From positions 6,437-70,436 of the forward strand of contig JAFVFO010000052.1 in assembly GCA_017475485.1 (NCBI GenBank): 64,000 nucleotides of DNA, in the 5' to 3' direction. A model generated the notes under the pieces. That model was not told the DNA's origin. It did no database searches and saw only the letters and a program-made list of their open reading frames with translations. The stretch is from Candidatus Gastranaerophilales bacterium. GTDB lineage: Bacteria; Cyanobacteriota; Vampirovibrionia; Gastranaerophilales; Gastranaerophilaceae. Made by a program: the position numbers and the translations under genes. Positions 46,861-55,531 of this stretch are shown piece by piece. Each line of letters opens with the position of its first letter. Position 1 is the stretch's first letter.

Positions 46861-49800
46861 ATGAGCACAGGCGGCATAGGCGCTACAACAGGAAAAGATT
46901 TACTTTTTGGAGCTTTAACAAGGCAAAGAAAAGACATTAGCCAAGAAGATTTTGAAAAGTATATTCATGATTACTTTTATAGCGGTGAAAACGGTCAATT
47001 TATTAACCATACGGGCGAAACCTTAGCCCTTGATATGGCAAGATATTTTGAGTTGGAAGAAAATGACCAGGCATTTTTAGATGCAATTACAGAAGTTGCC
47101 TCTTATGATATGAATGGTGAAACATTATCCGAAGCAGATCTAACCATGGAACGCTATGACGGCGGCTATACAGACGGCGCAATGGATACACTCTATTTTG
47201 CTTCCGCACAAGAACATCTTTCAAGTGATGAAACACGCGCATTGTTCGATAATGTATTTTATGATGAAGAAGGAAAGTTTGTTGAACAAAGCGCAGATGA
47301 CGTATATAGCAAATTAATTGAGGCTTATCAAATTACCGATACTGCTAAAGCGGATAATTTGAAATCTATGGTTTATGATATTGCACGTCAAGACGGCAAT
47401 ATGTCAAACTTCTCGGAAGCTGATATTACAAAAATTGATGAATTATCAAGAAGCGCTCATGTAACCGATGGTAATGTTAATGTACCGCCTATATTTAAAG
47501 GTGCAGGTGTAGCAGAAAATCTTGAAATTAACGGAAACGGTCAATTTGTTGTTCAAACTACAAAATGGGATGACGCGCAAGGCGACGATCCTACAGTATT
47601 AAATACAATGAATAAAATCATTACACAAATGTACGGTGTAGATTTTAATTCTCCTGAAGGACAAATTATTTATGCAGCTATTAAAGAAGCAAACCCTGAC
47701 TTCGTAAGAGAAAATCCTATTGACCCTGTAACGGGCGAATCTCTTGAAGGCTGGAGTATCAATAGCGGCAGAAAGATTATTCTTCCGGTTGTTAGTGAAC
47801 TAAATAAAACAGATTCAGATAAACAAGAAATCGGACAAAACTTCTACGGCTCTAAGGCTCAAGATGCAGTATATAAAAATGCTGACGGCAAATGGGTAAT
47901 TAAAACAGAAGAATGGACCGAAGCAGACAGAAATAAAACTGAAAAATTAAATACCGTATGCAATATTTTATCAAATGTTTATGGTGTTGATTACAATTCA
48001 GAAGAAGGTCGTGCAATATTCCAAGCATTATCCGAAGCAAATCCGGGCTTCTTTACACTTGATAGCAACGGTGAACCAAGCTCATTAAAACATGGTGAAG
48101 AACTTACTTTAATTGACGCTAAAGAAGTACTTGGCAACAGATATTCAAACGGAACAGTTGTTACAAAACAAGAAATAGCTCAAACCTTCACCGGTGCACA
48201 AGCAGGTAATAAAATATACAAAAATGCTGACGGTCAATGGGTTGCAATGAGCGAAGGCTGGGATGATAATGACCCTGACAGAATGAACAAAACAACATCA
48301 GCAGGTTCTATCCTTCAAAACTTGTATAACGTTGATTACAATACTCCCGAAGGCCAAAAGATATTTAACGCATTGGTTGACGCTAATCCGGGTCTGTTCA
48401 AGTTTGATGTATATGGCGAACCTATAACATTGGCAGTAGGTCAAGAAATTAAATTAGTTGATCCTCAAACTGCCCTGAGCGGTGACGGAGCTGTAAGCAG
48501 CCAAAGAACAGACGCTATTGCCAGAGGTCAATCACACCTATTTGGCGGTTTGGGTTCTGACGCTGTATATCAAAAACCAGACGGTCAATATGCAATCACT
48601 ACGGAACAATGGGTTGAAGGTGACCAGCATAACAATGACAAATTAAATACTCCATATAATATATTAATGAATGTATATGGCTTGAATTACTACAGTGAAG
48701 AAGGCCAAAAAGTATTCCAAGAATTGGTTAAAAATAATCCTGATACATTTGAATTTAATGAAAAAGGCGAACCAATTAATATGAAATTAGGAACAGAATT
48801 AATTCTTACCGATCCTAATACAATACTTGGCGCAAACTACACACAAAACCATACAAACCCTGCATTAGCAGCACCGGCTGACGGTAAAGCAGCATTCTTT
48901 GCAAACGGTAAAGATACAAGCAAGCTAATTAACGATAACGGTGATTACTATGTAGTATCAGAACCATTCAGCTACACAAGCGGGGCAGATGTTAATGATA
49001 CATTAGGCAAGATATTTATGAATATGTATGGCGTTAACTTCTGGTCACCGGAAGGACAAAGATTGTATCAACTCTTAAAGGCTGATCCTCAAAATGCTGA
49101 GTTCTTCCAATGTGATAATCCGGACGCAATACCTGAAAATGTAAAATTACACTTAAATGCAGATGTAACCGGAGTTTTAGGTAACTTAAGCGGTAGTGCA
49201 GTTCAAGGACTATATAGTAATAAAGGTTCAAGCACAGATTTAACTTCTGCTTCAATATTATATGGTGATAAAGGTTCAGGCGCGGGTTCAACTTCTGCTT
49301 CAACACTATATAGTGCAAATCCGAAGGTTACAACGACACCGGCCGGAACATCTGCATCTCAGATAACTCCCGCACCTCAAGCAACCCCTGCACCTCAGGC
49401 AACACAGACACCGACAGCAACACCGACAGCAGCACCGACAGCAGCACCAACGGCTGCACCAACGGCTGCACCAACGGTAGCACCAACGGCTGCACCAACG
49501 GCAGCACCAACGGCAGCACCTACAGCTACACCAACGGCAGCACCGACAGCAGCACCGACAGCGCCACCAACAACAACACCAACAGTACCGCAAGGACACA
49601 CTGCAGAAGAATATTTACAAGCAGCAAACAATCGTCACTTCACTCCTGCAGTAGGTACGGCAGCATATCAATTGATAGCATCAGGCCAAGACTTCAGCAG
49701 GGCGCACAACACCGGTTCATTAGGAGATTACTTCTATATAGGTGATGATAAGAGTGTTATCTATGACGGACAAGGTAATGTTGTTTCAACAGATGGTGGT

Positions 49801-49881
49801 GCTCATATCAGAAATACATTTAACTTTGCTGAAAGAGATGAACACGGCGGCCCTCAATTTGATCCGGCATACTTAGCATAA
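46861..49881 (+). CDS. Giant (1006 aa) modular repeat protein, unknown function, no signal peptide
   Basis: Long ORF with SD AAAAGGGGTG. Its parts are the shared N-terminal module, five ~115-aa repeats, Ser/Gly-rich segments, a (PTAA)n linker and a ~100-aa C-terminal domain. Confidence 0.85.
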   Translation: MSTGGIGATTGKDLLFGALTRQRKDISQEDFEKYIHDYFYSGENGQFINHTGETLALDMARYFELEENDQAFLDAITEVASYDMNGETLSEADLTMERYDGGYTDGAMDTLYFASAQEHLSSDETRALFDNVFYDEEGKFVEQSADDVYSKLIEAYQITDTAKADNLKSMVYDIARQDGNMSNFSEADITKIDELSRSAHVTDGNVNVPPIFKGAGVAENLEINGNGQFVVQTTKWDDAQGDDPTVLNTMNKIITQMYGVDFNSPEGQIIYAAIKEANPDFVRENPIDPVTGESLEGWSINSGRKIILPVVSELNKTDSDKQEIGQNFYGSKAQDAVYKNADGKWVIKTEEWTEADRNKTEKLNTVCNILSNVYGVDYNSEEGRAIFQALSEANPGFFTLDSNGEPSSLKHGEELTLIDAKEVLGNRYSNGTVVTKQEIAQTFTGAQAGNKIYKNADGQWVAMSEGWDDNDPDRMNKTTSAGSILQNLYNVDYNTPEGQKIFNALVDANPGLFKFDVYGEPITLAVGQEIKLVDPQTALSGDGAVSSQRTDAIARGQSHLFGGLGSDAVYQKPDGQYAITTEQWVEGDQHNNDKLNTPYNILMNVYGLNYYSEEGQKVFQELVKNNPDTFEFNEKGEPINMKLGTELILTDPNTILGANYTQNHTNPALAAPADGKAAFFANGKDTSKLINDNGDYYVVSEPFSYTSGADVNDTLGKIFMNMYGVNFWSPEGQRLYQLLKADPQNAEFFQCDNPDAIPENVKLHLNADVTGVLGNLSGSAVQGLYSNKGSSTDLTSASILYGDKGSGAGSTSASTLYSANPKVTTTPAGTSASQITPAPQATPAPQATQTPTATPTAAPTAAPTAAPTAAPTVAPTAAPTAAPTAAPTATPTAAPTAAPTAPPTTTPTVPQGHTAEEYLQAANNRHFTPAVGTAAYQLIASGQDFSRAHNTGSLGDYFYIGDDKSVIYDGQGNVVSTDGGAHIRNTFNFAERDEHGGPQFDPAYLA
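47500..49190 (+). repeat. Five ~115-aa protein repeats (period ~345 nt) with a LysM-like sequence pattern
   Basis: The conserved core recurs at 47630, 47978, 48323, 48672 and 49021. It reads [VIL]Y[GN][VL][DN][FY]x[ST][PE]EG[QR]xI[FY]xALxxANP, then G[EQT]E[LI]xL[IVT]D. Each core is preceded by Y[KQ][NK][AP]DG[KQ][WY] and an acidic W-containing strand. Confidence 0.8.
49411..49566 (+). repeat. In-frame 12-nt tandem repeat x~13 ((PTAA)n Pro/Thr/Ala linker)
   Basis: ccgacagcagca / ccaacggctgca / ccaacggcagca units were read directly. The wider Pro/Thr-rich tract spans about 49366-49590. Confidence 0.9.
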
Positions 49882-49910
49882 AACAAGAATAAACATTCAA
49901 TAACATATTT

Positions 49911-49936
49911 AAAGCCCCTTTGAAGGGGCTTTTATT
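49911..49936 (+). terminator. Rho-independent terminator after the 1006-aa gene
   Basis: AAAGCCCCTT-TG-AAGGGGCTTT followed by TATTTT. Confidence 0.8.
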
Positions 49937-51313
49937 TTAGTTTTCTTCTTTTATTGACAAGGTAATGAAGGCTGAAATTATAAGCATTAATGCACCGAAC
50001 ATAAACGCATAATCCCAGTGGTTATTTGTGTAGCCTGCCATATCATAAGTGGCTGAATTGATGAACCAAGCTAACAATGTGCAAACTAATACCTGAGGAG
50101 CTGAAATGAAAATGTTAAATATTCCCATTGCAGAACCTTCAGTACCTTCTTTAATATATTTAGATAACATAGCAAAAGGTAATGCCAAAGTTGAAGCCCA
50201 GCCGATACCCGCTAAACCCATTGCCGCTAAAACAACGTATGGATTAGGCATAAATGCCATTAATAAATATGATATAGCCATAGTAACCAATGATAGTGCA
50301 TGAACTTTTTTATTGCCGTTTTTTTCCGCCATTTTAGCAATAGGAATTGCAATTATAAAACAGATTAAATTAAATAATGCAAAACAAATGCTTGAAAAGT
50401 TTTGAGCTTCCGCTTGTTTAGAAGCAAAAGTATCAACAATATTTTGAGCTAAACCTGCAGTATTCGGAATTTGATAAATAATATGAACAACAAATTGAGT
50501 GAAAAATATTAATAAACTCATTAAACCAATCCAAGTGAAGAATTGAATAATGCAGATTTTACCTACTTCGGGGCTTGTGTTTAAAAATTCTTTAACATTT
50601 TCAAGGAAGGATTTTGACGCGGTTTTTTTAGCTTCTAATTTTTTTTCTGCTAATACTTCTTTGTTTGGGATGACTTCTCTGAAGGTAATACAAGTCCAAA
50701 GCATGCCTAAAACAAAAGCTACGCCTGCCATTGTAAATTGAGCGTCAACCGACATTTGGTATTTAAATGCCCATTTTAAAAACGGTGCAGCACCTGCTGC
50801 CACAACAGAACCTAAGCCGATTGCAAAACTTAAAAATGAATTTGCAATAGCATGTTGATTTTTTGGAATGTTATCGGGAACTAATGCTCTATACGGGCCT
50901 TGTGCCGCATTAACACACGCGTCAATCATCCAAATGAATATTGCGGCAATAAATAATGCCAGCCATGCGGGATGATTTTGTCCGAATAACTCTGATATAA
51001 ATTGACTTTTAGGTAATAAAATTAAACCTAATGCCCCAAATAAAGCACCAAAGAACAGATAAGGTATTCTTCTTCCAAAACGGGTAAAGGTGTTATCTGA
51101 TAAAGCCCCTATTATCGGCTGTACCACAATACCTGTAACCGGCCCTGCAAGCCAAATTAAACCGTATAATAACGGGCTTGCACCAAGCGATTCCGTCAGC
51201 GGGCCTGATAAAATAATTCTCATCTGCCATGCGAATTGAAGCCCGAAAAAGCCTATACAAAAGTTTAAAAGCTGTACCGGGCTGAATTTTTTTAAAGCAT
51301 TATCATCTGCCAT
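49937..51313 (-). CDS. MFS transporter, glycoside/sucrose-H+ symporter-like (GPH/SLC45-type)
   Basis: A 12-TM protein. The loop 2-3 motif GALSDNTFTRFGRRIPY is typical of sucrose/GPH-type MFS carriers. Confidence 0.8.
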   Translation of the reverse strand: MADDNALKKFSPVQLLNFCIGFFGLQFAWQMRIILSGPLTESLGASPLLYGLIWLAGPVTGIVVQPIIGALSDNTFTRFGRRIPYLFFGALFGALGLILLPKSQFISELFGQNHPAWLALFIAAIFIWMIDACVNAAQGPYRALVPDNIPKNQHAIANSFLSFAIGLGSVVAAGAAPFLKWAFKYQMSVDAQFTMAGVAFVLGMLWTCITFREVIPNKEVLAEKKLEAKKTASKSFLENVKEFLNTSPEVGKICIIQFFTWIGLMSLLIFFTQFVVHIIYQIPNTAGLAQNIVDTFASKQAEAQNFSSICFALFNLICFIIAIPIAKMAEKNGNKKVHALSLVTMAISYLLMAFMPNPYVVLAAMGLAGIGWASTLALPFAMLSKYIKEGTEGSAMGIFNIFISAPQVLVCTLLAWFINSATYDMAGYTNNHWDYAFMFGALMLIISAFITLSIKEEN

Positions 51314-51379
51314 ATTTTTCTCCTCAAAAGTATGTATAATAATTTTACATTAATATTTTTTAATTGTAAAATTATACTT

Positions 51380-53044
51380 ATGAGAATTAAAGTATTACTA
51401 GGTTTATTTTTAAGCATATTGTTATTCAATATTGCAATGGCAAATGATGAAAAAACAGTTGTCAGAGTAGGGATTTCAAATCAAAACTTCTCAAATTGGG
51501 AACATAAAAGCGCAGATTTTATATCTGAAAATATAATTAAAATAATAGATATGTCGCAAAATTCGCCAATAGAAGAAGTTAAGGCAAATACTCCCGTAAA
51601 TATAACTTTTGCGGAAGGTGTTTATTCAATTTCATTGAATAACGCAGTTAAATATAGAAATCTTCAAGGCCCTTTGATATTATCATCTAATGCCCCGATC
51701 GGAATAGTTAATTTAAACAGAAAAGGTACTCCCGCAAAATATAAAGGCATGATTGAAATAAGAAATTTAAAGACAAATCAGGGCTTTAATATTATTAATG
51801 TTTTAGATATGGAAAATTACCTAAAAGGTGTTGTACCAAATGAAATGCCTGTAGGGTTCGGAATAGAAGCTCTTAAAGCGCAGGCGGTTGCAGCAAGGAA
51901 TTATGCAAACAATGCTTCAATTTCGCCTAATTATGATGTGGTTGATTCTACTGCTTCTCAGGTTTATTACGGAGTAAATTCATACAGAGATATTTCAAAT
52001 GAAGCTGTATTAAAAACAAAAGGGATATATGCCCTTTATAAAAATAAGCCGATAACAGCGCTTTATTTTTCGACTTCCCCCGGAATTACGGATGATTGGG
52101 ATGATGTTTTTTCGGATAATTTTAACTGGGGAAGCCATCCTTATCTGAAGCCAAAATATGATATGGAAGGGCAAAAAGCCCTTAAATCAGAGCGTGATGT
52201 GGAAGAATTTTACACAAGAAAAGATAACGGGTTTGATACAAATTCTCCGAAATTTCGCTGGAATATTGAGTTTACGCGCGAAGAATTAGAACAAGTATTA
52301 ACCCAAACCCTTTTAAATCAATCTTCTACAGGGCTTGTGTATCCGAAATATGACGGCAATACACCCATTACGGGCTTGAGAGAAATTAAAGCAACGCACA
52401 GGACTAATTCAGGCAAAATTACGGAATTGGTAATAATTTGTGATAACGGTGAATTTAAAATTAAAAAAGAATTAACAATAAGACGAATTCTAAAGAAAAA
52501 CGGTGCAATGCTTCCGAGTGCTAACTTCTTTGTGCAGACAGACGGTTCTTTATTGGAAAAGAAAATATTCGGTATTTTTGATGTTGATAATAAATATCCT
52601 AAAACATTTATTTTAACAGGGGGCGGTTTCGGGCATGGTGTTGGTATGAGCCAGTTTGGTGCAAGTGCAATGGCAAAAACGGGCAAAAAATATCCTGAAA
52701 TTTTAAATCATTATTATACGGATATTGAACTTTCAACAATTCCTAAAACCGTTTATTATAATGATTATAATGTTTTTTATAATACGGAATTTTATTATGA
52801 GCCGAATATTTATGGCAGTGTGTATTTGTTTATAAATAATCAAAAATATGCAAATGAATTTAATTTTAAAATAAATAATTTTGAATTTAATGATACTTCA
52901 AGTTTTGCGCATAACAGATTAATAAAAATAAATATTTCCCAATATCTGCATGAAGGCTTAAACACAATCAGTTTTGCACCATTGAGCGCAAAAAACAAAG
53001 GTAAAACTATAACTTATCAAGTGGAATTTGTAAATGGAAGATAA
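51380..53044 (+). CDS. SpoIID/LytB-domain protein (secreted)
   Basis: Signal peptide MRIKVLLGLFLSILLFNIAMA. Contains NVLDMENYLKGVVPNEMPVGFGIEALKAQAVAARNYA and GGGFGHGVGMSQFGA. The track start at 51332 is an upstream extension. Confidence 0.85.
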   Translation: MRIKVLLGLFLSILLFNIAMANDEKTVVRVGISNQNFSNWEHKSADFISENIIKIIDMSQNSPIEEVKANTPVNITFAEGVYSISLNNAVKYRNLQGPLILSSNAPIGIVNLNRKGTPAKYKGMIEIRNLKTNQGFNIINVLDMENYLKGVVPNEMPVGFGIEALKAQAVAARNYANNASISPNYDVVDSTASQVYYGVNSYRDISNEAVLKTKGIYALYKNKPITALYFSTSPGITDDWDDVFSDNFNWGSHPYLKPKYDMEGQKALKSERDVEEFYTRKDNGFDTNSPKFRWNIEFTREELEQVLTQTLLNQSSTGLVYPKYDGNTPITGLREIKATHRTNSGKITELVIICDNGEFKIKKELTIRRILKKNGAMLPSANFFVQTDGSLLEKKIFGIFDVDNKYPKTFILTGGGFGHGVGMSQFGASAMAKTGKKYPEILNHYYTDIELSTIPKTVYYNDYNVFYNTEFYYEPNIYGSVYLFINNQKYANEFNFKINNFEFNDTSSFAHNRLIKINISQYLHEGLNTISFAPLSAKNKGKTITYQVEFVNGR

Positions 53045-54638
53045 AGTTAACAATAATCAAAGTCCAAATCTTTTAAAAAGCGCAGGGCTTATTATGATAG
53101 TTATATTGCTGTCAAAACTCATGGGTTTTTTAAGAGATGTCATTGTAGCAAAATATTATGGCGCAAGTTTGGTATCAGACGCTTATTTTTACGCATATCA
53201 AATACCCGCATTGGCAATTGTGATTTTAGGCGGAATGGGCGGGCCTTTTCACAGTGCAACGGTTAGTGTTTTTTCAAAAATAATTAAAAATTTCAATATT
53301 CTGCCCGAAAAAAACACAAAAAGACTTTTTAATACTTATGAAACCTTTTCGCTTTTGGTGTTCGGTTCTTTAGCGTTAATTTGTTTTTTCTTTCCAAATC
53401 AGGTAATGAAAATAATAATTTCTCAGGCAACACCTGAATTATGGGAATTGGCTTCATATCATTTAAAAATTATGTCGCCCGTAATTTTGATAGGTGCTTT
53501 TTTAGGGCTTTATTACGGCATTTTAGTTACATATAATAAGTTCTTATTGCCAAATATTGCACCCAGTATGCTCTCAATTGGTATAATCATAACTTTAATA
53601 GTATCGGGCGGTGATGAAAATGGGTTTTACCTTGCAATAGGTACAACAATAGGGGCTTTATTACAGCTTATAATGCAGACACCTGCCGTTATAAAACTGG
53701 GTTATACTTTTAAACCTGTTTTTGAATTTTTCCATAATAAAAATTTTAATGATATATTAGAGCTTTTAATGCCTGCATTTTTATCTTCTACCATAGGACA
53801 AATCGGCATTTACGTTGATATATTTTTTGCTTCCGGTTTGGCCCAAGGGCAGTGGACTGCTTACGGTTATGCAAACAGAATATTCCAATTCCCCGTAGGG
53901 CTAATGCTATCGGCACTTTTAGTGCCTTTGTTTCCTTTATTTTCAAGGCTTGTAGGTCAAGGAAAATTAGATGAAGTAAAACATTACTTTAATAAGGGTG
54001 TCGGTTCTTTGATATATGTCGGCACATTTGTGATGATATTTATTTTTATATCAAGAATAGATTTGATTTCTTTAGCGCTTGAGCGCGGTGCATTTGACCG
54101 TAATGCCACTTTAACGGTTGCAAATGTTTTATTTGTTGTATCTTTATCAATAATTCCTTATATGTTTAGAGATTCAATAACAAGACTTTATTATGCTTTT
54201 CAAGATTCAAAAACACCTTTTTATATTGCAATAGCGTCTATATTTTTTAAAATTGTATTTAATTCAATTTTTACTCCTTACGCGGGAATATACGGTATTG
54301 CAATGTCAACGGTGTTAATTACATTAATAAACGGTACATTGCTTGCGTTTTTAATAAGAAAAAGAATTCAAATAGGCTACCGCCATTTTATAGGGCAGTT
54401 ATTGAAAATATTATTCTGCGGGCTTTTGGCGTTTTGTGCAGGTTTTGGGGTAAATTATTTTATAGATTTATTAATGCCTGAGTCATTTATTGCAAAAATA
54501 GTAAGAATAATTGCGGTATTTTTGGCTTTGCTTGTTGTTTATGTCGGGTTTGCGCATATTTTAAAAATAGAATATTTGGAAGATTTAAAAGAAAAAATTG
54601 AAGCAAAGTTAAAAGGGAAGAAAAATGCAGTTGAATAA
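53034..54638 (+). CDS. murJ: Lipid II flippase MurJ
   Basis: A 14-TM protein with the N-terminus SAGLIMIVILLSKLMGFLRDVIVAKYYGAS, typical of MurJ/MviN. Confidence 0.9.
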   Translation: MEDKVNNNQSPNLLKSAGLIMIVILLSKLMGFLRDVIVAKYYGASLVSDAYFYAYQIPALAIVILGGMGGPFHSATVSVFSKIIKNFNILPEKNTKRLFNTYETFSLLVFGSLALICFFFPNQVMKIIISQATPELWELASYHLKIMSPVILIGAFLGLYYGILVTYNKFLLPNIAPSMLSIGIIITLIVSGGDENGFYLAIGTTIGALLQLIMQTPAVIKLGYTFKPVFEFFHNKNFNDILELLMPAFLSSTIGQIGIYVDIFFASGLAQGQWTAYGYANRIFQFPVGLMLSALLVPLFPLFSRLVGQGKLDEVKHYFNKGVGSLIYVGTFVMIFIFISRIDLISLALERGAFDRNATLTVANVLFVVSLSIIPYMFRDSITRLYYAFQDSKTPFYIAIASIFFKIVFNSIFTPYAGIYGIAMSTVLITLINGTLLAFLIRKRIQIGYRHFIGQLLKILFCGLLAFCAGFGVNYFIDLLMPESFIAKIVRIIAVFLALLVVYVGFAHILKIEYLEDLKEKIEAKLKGKKNAVE

Positions 54639-55176
54639 GGGTGAAATATTGGCTTTTAAAACAGACACCGTCTGGGGGTTTGGCTGTGACCCGAATGATG
54701 ATGAAGCGGTTTTAAAAATATATGAAATAAAAAAAAGAGATATAAATAAACCCTTAATATTAATGAGCAACAACTTTTCTCATTTAGAAAAATATATTCA
54801 AAATGTGCCTGAATATGCTTATTCTTTAATAAAAAAATATTTACCCGGGGGTTTGACTTTAATTTTTGAAAAATCCCAACTGTGTTCTTGCAATATTACA
54901 AGAGGCTATTCAACCGTAGGTATCAGAATTCCAGACAGCATTGAATTTTCTGATTTAATAAACAGTCTTGCTTGCAAAGTTTTAGCAACAACCTCTTGTA
55001 ATATTTCATCGGAAGAACCTGTCAAAAATTATAAAGAAGCGTCGGAAAAATTTTCAGAATTTGCAACTATAATTAAACCCATAGAAGATAAAGAAAATGA
55101 AAATATCCCTTCAACCGTTATATTATGCGAAAAAGACGGATATAAAGTATTGAGAAATGGTGCAATTAAACTATAG
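54625..55176 (+). CDS. tsaC: L-threonylcarbamoyladenylate synthase (YrdC/TsaC type)
   Basis: Contains LAFKTDTVWGFGCDPNDDEAVLKIYEIKKRDINKPLILM and GGLTLIF, followed by VGIRIP. Confidence 0.85.
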   Translation: MQLNKGEILAFKTDTVWGFGCDPNDDEAVLKIYEIKKRDINKPLILMSNNFSHLEKYIQNVPEYAYSLIKKYLPGGLTLIFEKSQLCSCNITRGYSTVGIRIPDSIEFSDLINSLACKVLATTSCNISSEEPVKNYKEASEKFSEFATIIKPIEDKENENIPSTVILCEKDGYKVLRNGAIKL

Positions 55177-55221
55177 TAATTCTTTTTGGAATATGGTACA
55201 TTTTTAAAAAAAGGGAAGCTA

Positions 55222-55527
55222 ATGGAAATAAAATTAAGAAAACAAGACGAAGATACTTTGGAAGTAGTTGCTTCGGGTAAAATAGATATAGATAGTGCTG
55301 TTGAATACGGCACAAAAATATCTGACGCTGTAGAAGATAATGAAATTAAAAATGTAATTTTGGATTTCGCACAAATTACTTATATTTCAAGTATGGGTTT
55401 AAGGGTTATTTTGGAACTTCACCAGAAAATGAGTAATCTTGGAACAATGAAAATTAAAAATGCAAGCGAACAGATTTTAAATATATTTAAAATGACCGGT
55501 TTTAGCAAATTTTTAAATATTGTTTAG
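55222..55527 (+). CDS. STAS-domain anti-sigma-factor antagonist (SpoIIAA/RsbV-like)
   Basis: Contains ILDFAQITYISSMGLRVILEL, with the phosphorylatable Ser in the ISSMGL motif. SD AAGGGAAG lies before ATG 55222. Confidence 0.85.
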   Translation: MEIKLRKQDEDTLEVVASGKIDIDSAVEYGTKISDAVEDNEIKNVILDFAQITYISSMGLRVILELHQKMSNLGTMKIKNASEQILNIFKMTGFSKFLNIV

Positions 55528-55531
55528 CTAT

